A stretch of DNA of 32,000 bases from Pseudoalteromonas tetraodonis (GCF_002310835.1 NZ_CP011041.1:450001-482000), one strand, 5' to 3'. Shown: positions 18,033 through 25,678, counted from the first letter of the stretch. The notes: generated by a model not told the origin, from the letters alone. Translations and numbers: made by a program.

Positions 18033-18722
18033 TCTTCTCTGTGTAGCGCGAAGCGCCTCGGTGTACTCTGTGGTTCAAAATGGTTTTTTAGGCGGGGGTT
18101 ATCACGCGCAGGTGGTTTTAGGCAATAAACTTATTCACAAAGAGGTTAAGAGACGCTGCTCTTTTAGAGCTAGTGAAAAAACAATTAATCACTCGGGCTC
18201 ATGGTTATTGTTTTCTCATTTACTCCTCATTCACCTCTCTTTGTGCAAAAAGATCTTAAAGAGATTTTATTCACCACAGAGGGTTAGTGCACACAGAGGA
18301 AATGATTAAAGACATGTTTTATTTGTTTTGTCTTCTCTGTGAAGCGCGTAGCGCCTCGGTGTACTCTGTGGTTCAAAATGGTTTGTAGGCGGGGGTTATC
18401 ACGCGCAGGTGGTTTTAGGCAATAAACTTATTCACAAAGAGGTTAAGAGACGCTGCGCTTTTAGAGCTAGTGAAAAACAATTAATCACTCGGGCTCATGG
18501 TTATTGTTTTCTCATTTACTCCTCATTCACTTCTCTTTGTGTAAAAAGATCTTAAAGAGATTTTATTCACCACAGAGGGTTAGAGCACACAGAGGAAATG
18601 ATTAAAGACATGTTTTATTTGTTTTGTCTTCTCTGTGAAGCGCGTAGCGCCTCGGTGTACTCTGTGGTGCAAAAAATTAAAACACTATTTACCACAGAGG
18701 TCACAGAGGAAGAGATTAAAGA
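18033..18722 (+). repeat. Tandem MITE-like elements: two 296-298 bp units plus one about 95 bp minimal unit, each bounded by CTCTGTGG-box inverted repeats
   Basis: The anchor CCTCGGTGTACTCTGTGG recurs at 18056, 18354 and 18650. Units 1 and 2 differ at about 9 positions, including 2 single-nt indels. Left arm: TTCTCTGTG..CGCCTCGGTGTACTCTGTGGT. Right arm: ACCACAGAGGGTTAG(T/A)GCACACAGAGGAA. The third unit keeps only the two arms (18627-18712). Confidence 0.9.
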
Positions 18723-18779
18723 CAAAGATTTTAGGTTTTAGGTAGAGATTAAGCCAAGCATGATGTTTGTATTGAACGT

Positions 18780-18837
18780 GAGCGGTGGTTATCCCGCGCA
18801 TTTCACTAAACCCTGCGCGAGGTAAACTCCCGCCTAC
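18780..18837. repeat. Pair of REP-like hairpins (convergent)
   Basis: GAGCGGTGGTTATCCCGCGCA (18780-18800) and CTGCGCGAGGTAAACTCCCGCCTAC (18813-18837) belong to the same family as the 11148, 17511 and 23519 copies. Confidence 0.8.
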
Positions 18838-18844
18838 GGGTATA

Positions 18845-18876
18845 AAAAACCTTGCTATATTAACCGTAAGGTTTTT
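18845..18876. terminator. Conserved terminator-like hairpin (homologous to 11407-11441)
   Basis: AAAAACCTTGC pairs with GTAAGGTTTTT (11 bp, one G-U). The 10-nt loop TATATTAACC is flanked by an A-run and a T-run, so it is bidirectional in form. Confidence 0.65.
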
Positions 18877-18881
18877 AAATT

Positions 18882-18923
18882 CCTCGAACCTCGAACCTCG
18901 AACCTCGAACCTCGAACCTCGAA
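18882..18923 (+). repeat. Heptamer array (CCTCGAA)x6
   Basis: Six perfect units read directly, about 90 nt upstream of the mscS start. Confidence 0.95.
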
Positions 18924-19015
18924 CCTTGTAAAACGCTGTTGCAAACACGTATTAAAGATTTACAATACAATAAACAACACCGCTAAACTGCTTAATAACA
19001 CTATCAGGAGTTAAT

Positions 19016-19834
19016 ATGGATTCAATACTCAATTGGCTGAATGAAAATTCAGGCTTAATCTTACACTACGGTATTCAGGCAGTTATAGCGCTTGTTATAT
19101 TTTTACTGGGTGGACGAATTGCTAAATTTTGTGCAAAGTTAACCGAAAAAGCATTCGACAAGAAAAAAGTAGATAAAGCGGTTTCATCGTTTGTCTCTAG
19201 TATTGTATATGCCATTGTATTTGCAGCCACTATTTTAATGGCGCTGTCACAAATTGGTATCGAAACTACGTCATTTATTGCTATTTTAGGTGCGGCAGGT
19301 TTAGCCGTTGGCTTAGCACTGCAAGGGTCGTTATCTAACTTTGCGTCAGGCGTATTAATTATTCTACTTCGCCCATTTAAATCAGGTGACTATGTTGAAG
19401 CGGGCGGTAAAGCCGGTACGATTAAAAAAATCGAAATATTCTCAACTGAAATGCGCACACCCGATAACAAAGTTATTGTAATGCCTAATTCAAAAATCAT
19501 GTCAGATGCGATCATTAATTACTCGCGCGAATCAACACGCCGCGTTGATCTTGTGATTGGTGTTGGCTACGACGCCGACTTACGAAAAGCAAAAGAAGTA
19601 CTTAAATCAGTGCTTGATAACGAATCGCGTATTTTAAAAGATCCTGCATACAATGTATCAGTTTCTGAACTTGCCGATTCAAGCGTTAACTTTATAGTGC
19701 GCCCGTGGGTTAACTCAGAGGATTACTGGCCAACATATTGGTCGTTAATGGAAAACATTAAAATAGCGTTAGACGACGCAGACATTACCATTCCATTCCC
19801 GCAAATGGATGTACATTTACACAAGCAAGACTAA
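19016..19834 (+). CDS. mscS: Small-conductance mechanosensitive channel (MscS family)
   Basis: 272 aa. It has three N-terminal TM helices. The pore helix and beta-domain signature is present (AAGLAVGLALQGSLSNFASGVLIILLRPFKSGDYVE...GTIKKIEIFST). The RBS is AGGAG. Confidence 0.9.
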   Translation: MDSILNWLNENSGLILHYGIQAVIALVIFLLGGRIAKFCAKLTEKAFDKKKVDKAVSSFVSSIVYAIVFAATILMALSQIGIETTSFIAILGAAGLAVGLALQGSLSNFASGVLIILLRPFKSGDYVEAGGKAGTIKKIEIFSTEMRTPDNKVIVMPNSKIMSDAIINYSRESTRRVDLVIGVGYDADLRKAKEVLKSVLDNESRILKDPAYNVSVSELADSSVNFIVRPWVNSEDYWPTYWSLMENIKIALDDADITIPFPQMDVHLHKQD

Positions 19835-19940
19835 TTTTTTAAAATACTTATTTATTAAGGCTGCGCTCAAATTCGATTTATTAATATGCGCGCTGCCTTT
19901 TTAATAGGTATTAATACATTTTTTACAGGGTTATTTTTTA

Positions 19941-20723
19941 ATGAAACTTAAGCTTTTATCAATTTTAGTAGCAGCCTCAGCTACAACCAATGCATTTGCA
20001 GCAGAAGAAGAACAAAAAACCTGGGAAGTTACCAGTGAAGTAGGCGCTATTATTACCAGCGGTAATACCGAAACAACCACCCTCAAAGGCGGTATTAAAG
20101 TATTACATAACTTAGAAAATTGGAACAACGAGTATAAGTTAGACGGCATCTACAAAGAAGACGAAGTAGAAAACGACGACGGTACTAAAGAAAAGCAGCG
20201 TACTAACGAAAAGTACTCTATTTCAGCGCAGGGTAATTACAAATTAAATGAGAAACACGCTCATTTATTTATTTATGGGTCGCACGTATCTGATTACTTT
20301 GGCGCATACCGAAGCGAGTCGGTTATTTCAGCGGGTTATGGTTTACGTTTATTAAACGAGTCAAACATGAAACTAAACGCTGAAATTGGTCCAGGTTATA
20401 AGTACTTTAAATACCCAGATGTAAGCGAAGAGGTTGATGAAAACGGCAACTCACTAGCGGGTGAATACGAAGGTGAAGTAATTGCGCTAGGTAAAGTAGA
20501 CTTTAGCTGGAAAATTTCAGACAACGCACGTTTTACTCAGTTAGTATCGGTAGAATATGGTGATACCAATACCAAAACGCGCTCAGAAACCGCACTTCTG
20601 ACTAAAATTAATGGCTCACTACAAATGAAAGTAGCCTACAATATTACTAATAACTCAGATGTTGCTGACGATAAAGAGGCAACTGATACAGAGACCTCAT
20701 TAACATTGGTGTATAGCTTTTAA
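19941..20723 (+). CDS. DUF481 (YdiY-like) outer-membrane beta-barrel protein
   Basis: 260 aa. It has the signal peptide MKLKLLSILVAASATTNAFA/AE, an alternating beta-strand pattern and a C-terminal ...LTLVYSF aromatic terminus typical of OM barrels. Confidence 0.75.
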   Translation: MKLKLLSILVAASATTNAFAAEEEQKTWEVTSEVGAIITSGNTETTTLKGGIKVLHNLENWNNEYKLDGIYKEDEVENDDGTKEKQRTNEKYSISAQGNYKLNEKHAHLFIYGSHVSDYFGAYRSESVISAGYGLRLLNESNMKLNAEIGPGYKYFKYPDVSEEVDENGNSLAGEYEGEVIALGKVDFSWKISDNARFTQLVSVEYGDTNTKTRSETALLTKINGSLQMKVAYNITNNSDVADDKEATDTETSLTLVYSF

Positions 20724-20756
20724 CATCAAGTAGTAAATTAATTGTAATAAAACTAT

Positions 20757-20781
20757 GAAAGGGGCTAAAGTCCCTTTTTTA
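20757..20781 (+). terminator. Rho-independent terminator
   Basis: GAAAGGG pairs with CCCTTTT around the loop GCTAAAGT and is followed by a T-run. Confidence 0.7.
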
Positions 20782-20845
20782 TTTGCTCATAAATAATGTA
20801 TGATACCCACCAATTTTGGTTGTAGACCTAGGGAAATACCTACTC

Positions 20846-23512
20846 GTGAACGTTATTAAACATTTATTAAGTGCTTTTGTACTTATATGTAGCTTTAGCA
20901 CATTAGCATTTGCGCCAACAGCCGCTCAACTTGAGCAGTTTCAAAAGTTGCCTAAGTCTCAACAGCAGGCACTTGCAAAGCAATATGGCGTAGACATTTC
21001 AAGCCTTGAAGGTGCAGGCAATGCCAGTGGCAAAAATAACGAACAAGATAAACCCACAGTAGGTGAGCGTAATACCGCCGACGAACAAGCTTTTACAGAT
21101 GAAGAACGCTTTAAGCCCGAAGATAACACGGTAAAACCATTCGGTTATGACTTATTTGCCGGCGAACCCACCACATTTATGCCCAACGAAAATGCTGCAG
21201 TACCCGATACGTATTTAGTGGGGCGTGGCGATCAGCTATTAATCAACTTTTACGGTAAAGAAAGCGCAAGCTACGAAGTCATCGTTGATAGGGAAGGACG
21301 TATTAACATTCCCGACTTAAGTCCTGTTCAGGTAGCTGGTTTAACCTTTGCTGAAGTTAAAGAGTTAATAAAAGTAAAAGTTGAACAAGAGATTATAGGT
21401 GTTAAAGCGTTCGTATCGCTTGGTAAACTTCGCAGCATTCGTATTTTAGTATTGGGTGAAGCATACAAACCAGGTAGCTATAGTGTGTCGTCATTGACTA
21501 CAGTGTCGCATGCATTATTTGTAAGTGGTGGCGTGTCGGATATTGCCTCACTGCGTAATATTCAAGTAAAGCGCGGTGGTAAGGTTGTTACTAACTTTGA
21601 TTTATACGACTTACTTATTCGCGGTGATAGCAGCAACGATATTATTTTAAAACCGGGTGACGTGGTATTTATACCGTCGGTTGGCGAGCAAGTAACCGTT
21701 GATGGTTTAGTAAAACGCCCTGCTATTTTTGAGCTTAAAAAAGGCGAAACGGCAGAACAATTATTAAAAATGGCGGGCGGCATCAAGCCAAATGCTTACG
21801 CTAAAAGCGTGATAGTTGAACGTTTTAATAACCAACATAAAGAAGTGCTTTCGGTAGATTTTAGCAAAGAGCAAGTTAACTACATTCCACAAGATGGCGA
21901 TCGTATTCGTTTTAGCGCGATTGGTGAGCAATACCAAACTTCAATTAGTTTAATTGGTGCTGTAGTACGCCCTGGTAATTACCAGTGGTACAAGGGTAAG
22001 CGCATTTCAGACATATTAGGCTCAGTACGTGGTGACTTACTACCGCAAGCCGATTTAGATTATGCATTAGTAGTGCGCGAAACCAACGTAAATGGTGATA
22101 TTGAAATTCATCAGTTCGATTTAGCAAAAGCTATTACAAAAGATACTGAGAACAACTTACAACTTAACCCTAACGATAAAATTATTGTATTCAGTCGTTT
22201 TGAAGAAAAAGCATTAGAAGATATAGCGCTTGCAAATTTAGCGTTAACTAAAGAGCAGCAAGATCAACAACGCAAAGCAGAGCTTTGGCATGAATACCAA
22301 CAAAAAGAGTTCGAAAAGTATGTTGGTGTAGCGACTAAAAAGTCAGAGTTTGAAGAGGTAAACCCAAATTTAAGCATGGCGGAAATGCTTGAGAAAAAGC
22401 TTAAAGAACAAGAAGAAGATGCAAAAAGCTATGCCTTGTTCAGCCGCCATAATTTACTTAAACCGGTAATTGCTAAGTTAGAGCAGCAGGCCGGTGTAAT
22501 GCAGGCGATGCAAATAGTGGAAATTAGCGGCAGTGTAATGTACCCAGGCATTTACCCGTTAATGGAAGGCGGTGAAGTAAAAGACCTAATTACTGCTGCG
22601 GGGGGCTTATTAGAGTCGGCTTATACACAACAAGCTGAAGTAACAAGAATTGCCAATAACGATGTATCAAACATTGAGCATATTAAGTTTGATTTAAAAA
22701 GTGCTATGCAAGGTAAAGCGGCATCTAATATTTCATTACAAAGTAAAGACAGCGTAAATATATTTGCTATACCAAACTGGCAAGAAAACCTAAAAGTAGA
22801 GCTAAGGGGGGAGCTTAAATTTCCGGGCACCTATACTATTCGCCGCGGTGAAACCTTAAGTAACTTACTTGAGCGCGCCGGTGGCTTTTCTGAGTTTGCT
22901 GCAACCAATGCCGCTGTATTTACTCGCCAATCAATTAAAAAGCAAGAGCAACAACAGCTAGCGCGTTTATCTACCGAGCTTCGCCGTGATATAGCATCAA
23001 AAAGCTTTCAAAGTTCAGTTAGTAGCAACACACTTACTTACGATGAAATGAATAAACTTCTCGCAGATTTAGCAAATGTAGATGCCGTAGGCCGTTTAGT
23101 TATAGATTTACCGCTTATTGTTAATAATGAGCAAAACCTAGTACTGCAAGATGGCGATGTACTTTATGTGCCTAGTGAACGCGACTCAATCAGTGTAATA
23201 GGTGAGGTTAATTACTCTACCTCGCATCTATATAAAGCAGGCATAAGCGTAGACGAATACATAGACCTAAGCGGTGGCTTAAAAGAGCGCGCTGCTGATG
23301 ACCGTATTTATATAATTAAAGCAAATGGCTCAGTAAAAATACCAAATACCGGCAACTGGTTTGCAGTTAATAACTCAAACCAACTTGAACCTGGCGATAC
23401 CATTGTTGTCCCACTAGATGCAGGCCATATGGATAAGCTAACGCTTTGGAGCACCGCAACACAGATTCTATATCAACTAGGTGTAGCAGTAGCAGCCATA
23501 AGCGGTATTTAA
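20846..23512 (+). CDS. Large polysaccharide export protein (Wza/OtnA-like; Poly_export plus multiple SLBB domains)
   Basis: The track ORF runs 20816..23512 with a TTG start. GTG at 20846 gives MNVIKHLLSAFVLICSFSTLAFA/PT, a clean signal peptide. A Poly_export motif is present (YLVGRGDQLLINFYGKE...GRINIPDLSPVQVAGLTFAEVKELI). GDxxxVP SLBB-type repeats recur along the protein. Confidence 0.85.
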   Translation: MNVIKHLLSAFVLICSFSTLAFAPTAAQLEQFQKLPKSQQQALAKQYGVDISSLEGAGNASGKNNEQDKPTVGERNTADEQAFTDEERFKPEDNTVKPFGYDLFAGEPTTFMPNENAAVPDTYLVGRGDQLLINFYGKESASYEVIVDREGRINIPDLSPVQVAGLTFAEVKELIKVKVEQEIIGVKAFVSLGKLRSIRILVLGEAYKPGSYSVSSLTTVSHALFVSGGVSDIASLRNIQVKRGGKVVTNFDLYDLLIRGDSSNDIILKPGDVVFIPSVGEQVTVDGLVKRPAIFELKKGETAEQLLKMAGGIKPNAYAKSVIVERFNNQHKEVLSVDFSKEQVNYIPQDGDRIRFSAIGEQYQTSISLIGAVVRPGNYQWYKGKRISDILGSVRGDLLPQADLDYALVVRETNVNGDIEIHQFDLAKAITKDTENNLQLNPNDKIIVFSRFEEKALEDIALANLALTKEQQDQQRKAELWHEYQQKEFEKYVGVATKKSEFEEVNPNLSMAEMLEKKLKEQEEDAKSYALFSRHNLLKPVIAKLEQQAGVMQAMQIVEISGSVMYPGIYPLMEGGEVKDLITAAGGLLESAYTQQAEVTRIANNDVSNIEHIKFDLKSAMQGKAASNISLQSKDSVNIFAIPNWQENLKVELRGELKFPGTYTIRRGETLSNLLERAGGFSEFAATNAAVFTRQSIKKQEQQQLARLSTELRRDIASKSFQSSVSSNTLTYDEMNKLLADLANVDAVGRLVIDLPLIVNNEQNLVLQDGDVLYVPSERDSISVIGEVNYSTSHLYKAGISVDEYIDLSGGLKERAADDRIYIIKANGSVKIPNTGNWFAVNNSNQLEPGDTIVVPLDAGHMDKLTLWSTATQILYQLGVAVAAISGI

Positions 23513-23518
23513 TATAAT

Positions 23519-23544
23519 GTAGCTGCGGGTTTATCCCGCAGCTG
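23519..23544 (+). repeat. REP-like hairpin, possibly the terminator of the export gene
   Basis: GTAGCTGCGGGTTTATCCCGCAGCTG has a 9-bp perfect stem, AGCTGCGGG pairing with CCCGCAGCT. It lies 7 nt after the stop and has no T-run. Confidence 0.7.
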
Positions 23545-23616
23545 TTCTAAGGTTTTAGGCACAAGGTACTAGGTGCGAGGAAAGCCTAGAACCTAGAACT
23601 TAAAAAAGGAATTACT

Positions 23617-24006
23617 ATGAAGTTTGAACAGTTGGATGTTTGGAAAAGAGCTTCAAGGCTGGCTTGTGATATTTATAAAGCAACAGCCAAATGTAAAGAC
23701 TATGGTTTTAAGGATCAAGTTACGCGTTCTGCTATTTCAATTCCTTCTAACATAGCGGAGGGCTTAGAAAGAGACTCGCAGGCCGATCAAGCTAGGTTTT
23801 TATATTATGGCAAAGGCTCTGCCGGTGAGCTGGTAACGCAGATATATATAGGTATTGAAATAGGTTTTATAGAGCGAGAACTGGGTTTGAAATTGATTAA
23901 TGAATCGAAAGAAGTTGCTAGTATGCTTGCAGCATTAATTAACATTAGGAAAAGTCATATTAAAGAGCCTGAGCCGAATTATAATTTTGACGAACCTAGA
24001 ACCTAG
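23617..24006 (+). CDS. Four-helix-bundle protein (23S rRNA intervening-sequence protein / Avd-like family)
   Basis: 129 aa. MKFEQLDVWKRASRLACDIYKAT...SIPSNIAEG..R.S..D..RFLYYGKGSAGEL.TQ is the characteristic pattern of this family. An AAGGA RBS is present. The last 14 nt, including the TAG stop, are AACCTAG repeat units. Confidence 0.8.
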   Translation: MKFEQLDVWKRASRLACDIYKATAKCKDYGFKDQVTRSAISIPSNIAEGLERDSQADQARFLYYGKGSAGELVTQIYIGIEIGFIERELGLKLINESKEVASMLAALINIRKSHIKEPEPNYNFDEPRT

Positions 24007-24587
24007 AACCTAGAACCTAGAACCTAGAACCTAGAACCTAGAACCTAGAACCTAGAACCTAGAACCTAGAACCTAGAACCTAGAACCTAGAACCTAGAAC
24101 CTAGAACCTAGAACCTAGAACCTAGAACCTAGAACCTAGAACCTAGAACCTAGAACCTAGAACCTAGAACCTAGAACCTAGAACCTAGAACCTAGAACCT
24201 AGAACCTAGAACCTAGAACCTAGAACCTAGAACCTAGAACCTAGAACCTAGAACCTAGAACCTAGAACCTAGAACCTAGAACCTAGAACCTAGAACCTAG
24301 AACCTAGAACCTAGAACCTAGAACCTAGAACCTAGAACCTAGAACCTAGAACCTAGAACCTAGAACCTAGAACCTAGAACCTAGAACCTAGAACCTAGAA
24401 CCTAGAACCTAGAACCTAGAACCTAGAACCTAGAACCTAGAACCTAGAACCTAGAACCTAGAACCTAGAACCTAGAACCTAGAACCTAGAACCTAGAACC
24501 TAGAACCTAGAACCTAGAACCTAGAACCTAGAACCTAGAACCTAGAACCTAGAACCTAGAACCTAGAACCTAAAACCTAGAACCTAA
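23993..24587 (+). repeat. Heptamer array (AACCTAG)x85, 595 bp
   Basis: There are 82 consecutive perfect units (23993-24566), then AACCTAA, AACCTAG, AACCTAA. Phase continuity was checked line by line. A two-unit copy of the same motif lies at 23585-23599, upstream of the four-helix-bundle gene. Confidence 0.97.
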
Positions 24588-24626
24588 AACAATAACTTGA
24601 CCTAATGTTCTCGTTATTCAATTTTT

Positions 24627-24689
24627 GATAGCTGATAGCTGATAGCTGATAGCTGATAGCTGATAGCTGATAGCTGATAGCTGATAGCT
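24627..24689 (+). repeat. Heptamer array (GATAGCT)x9
   Basis: Nine perfect units read directly. The array ends 17 nt before the wzz ATG. Confidence 0.95.
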
Positions 24690-24706
24690 GAACTTATGAG
24701 ATTTAA

Positions 24707-25678
24707 ATGGAAAACAACTCAAACAATCTAAATCAGGCAAATACACCAGTGGTTAATTATAATGCTGCTGATGACGAAATAGATCTACGCGAACTATTTA
24801 CCGCTATTTGGCAAGGCAAGTGGATTATCATTGCTGTAACTACCTTATTTGCTGTTGCATCTGTTTTTTACGCCATTAACCAGCCTAATATTTATAAATC
24901 AGAGGCGTTACTTGCTCCTGCAGAGCAAGACAAAGCGGGTGGCTTAGGTGCATTAGCCGGCCAGTTTGGTGGCCTAGCAAGTTTAGCTGGGGTTAACTTA
25001 GGTTCCGGTGGCAGGGTCGATAAAACGCAAATGGCGCTTGAGGTACTAAAATCACGCCAGTTCACCAGCGAGTTTATTAAAAAGCACAATATACTACCCG
25101 ATTTAATGGCAGCTAAAGCGTGGAACCGTGAAACTAATACAGTTATTTACGACGATAAGCTTTATATTGCAGAGCAAAATAAATGGATACGTAAAGTTGA
25201 ATTACCCTTTAAACCCGAGCCTTCAATGCAAGAGGCGTATAAAGAATTTAGTAAAACTATTAGTGCAAATAAAGATAAAGAAACTGGCATGGTTAAAATT
25301 GCCATAGAGCACGTATCGCCTTATGTAGCGCAGCAATGGGTAAACTGGTTAATACAAGACATAAACGCCACCATGAAACAGCGCGAAGTGCTAGAGGCAA
25401 ACAAAAGCACCGATTTTTTAACTCAGCAATTAGAGCAAACTAAAATAGCTGACATACGAGCTGTACTTTATAAGCTAGTAGAAGAGCAAACAAAAACAAT
25501 TATGTTTGCCAATGTGCGTGATGAATATGTGTTTAAAACGATTGACCCAGCGATAATTCCAGAGCAAAAGTTCAAACCTAAAAGAGCCCTGATTTGTATC
25601 TTAGGGACATTAATAGGTGTCTTTTTAAGTAGTGTACTTGTGCTAATAAAGTACTTTCTTAAACAAGACAAAGAATGA
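24707..25678 (+). CDS. wzz: Polysaccharide chain-length determinant protein (Wzz family, PCP-1)
   Basis: 323 aa. The Wzz N-terminal motif is present (DDEIDLRELFTAIWQGKWIIIAVTTLFAVASVFYA). It has a long periplasmic coiled region and a C-terminal TM segment (LICILGTLIGVFLSSVLVLI). Confidence 0.85.
   Translation: MENNSNNLNQANTPVVNYNAADDEIDLRELFTAIWQGKWIIIAVTTLFAVASVFYAINQPNIYKSEALLAPAEQDKAGGLGALAGQFGGLASLAGVNLGSGGRVDKTQMALEVLKSRQFTSEFIKKHNILPDLMAAKAWNRETNTVIYDDKLYIAEQNKWIRKVELPFKPEPSMQEAYKEFSKTISANKDKETGMVKIAIEHVSPYVAQQWVNWLIQDINATMKQREVLEANKSTDFLTQQLEQTKIADIRAVLYKLVEEQTKTIMFANVRDEYVFKTIDPAIIPEQKFKPKRALICILGTLIGVFLSSVLVLIKYFLKQDKE

Noticed and set aside
18061-18309. 82-aa ORF inside tandem repeat unit 1
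   Set aside because: The near-identical unit 2 carries two single-nt indels that destroy the frame, and the track shows no equivalent ORF there. The sequence is conserved as DNA or RNA, not as protein.
18685-18948. 87-aa minus-strand ORF (…VRGSRFEVRGSRFE…)
   Set aside because: It runs through the (CCTCGAA)x6 array, the conserved hairpin and two REP copies. Its periodic peptide is simply the translated heptamer repeat.
23993-24587. CRISPR array interpretation of the long tandem repeats (also considered for 18033-18722)
   Set aside because: The units are contiguous 7-nt or roughly 296-bp repeats with no unique spacers, and no cas genes are present in the window.
24597-24625. Candidate wzz promoter: TTGACC, then 17 nt, then AATTTT, in the unique spacer between the two arrays
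   Set aside because: The -35 hexamer is good, but the -10 matches only 3 of 6 positions. This is too weak to call without transcript data, so it is mentioned only as a reference point.
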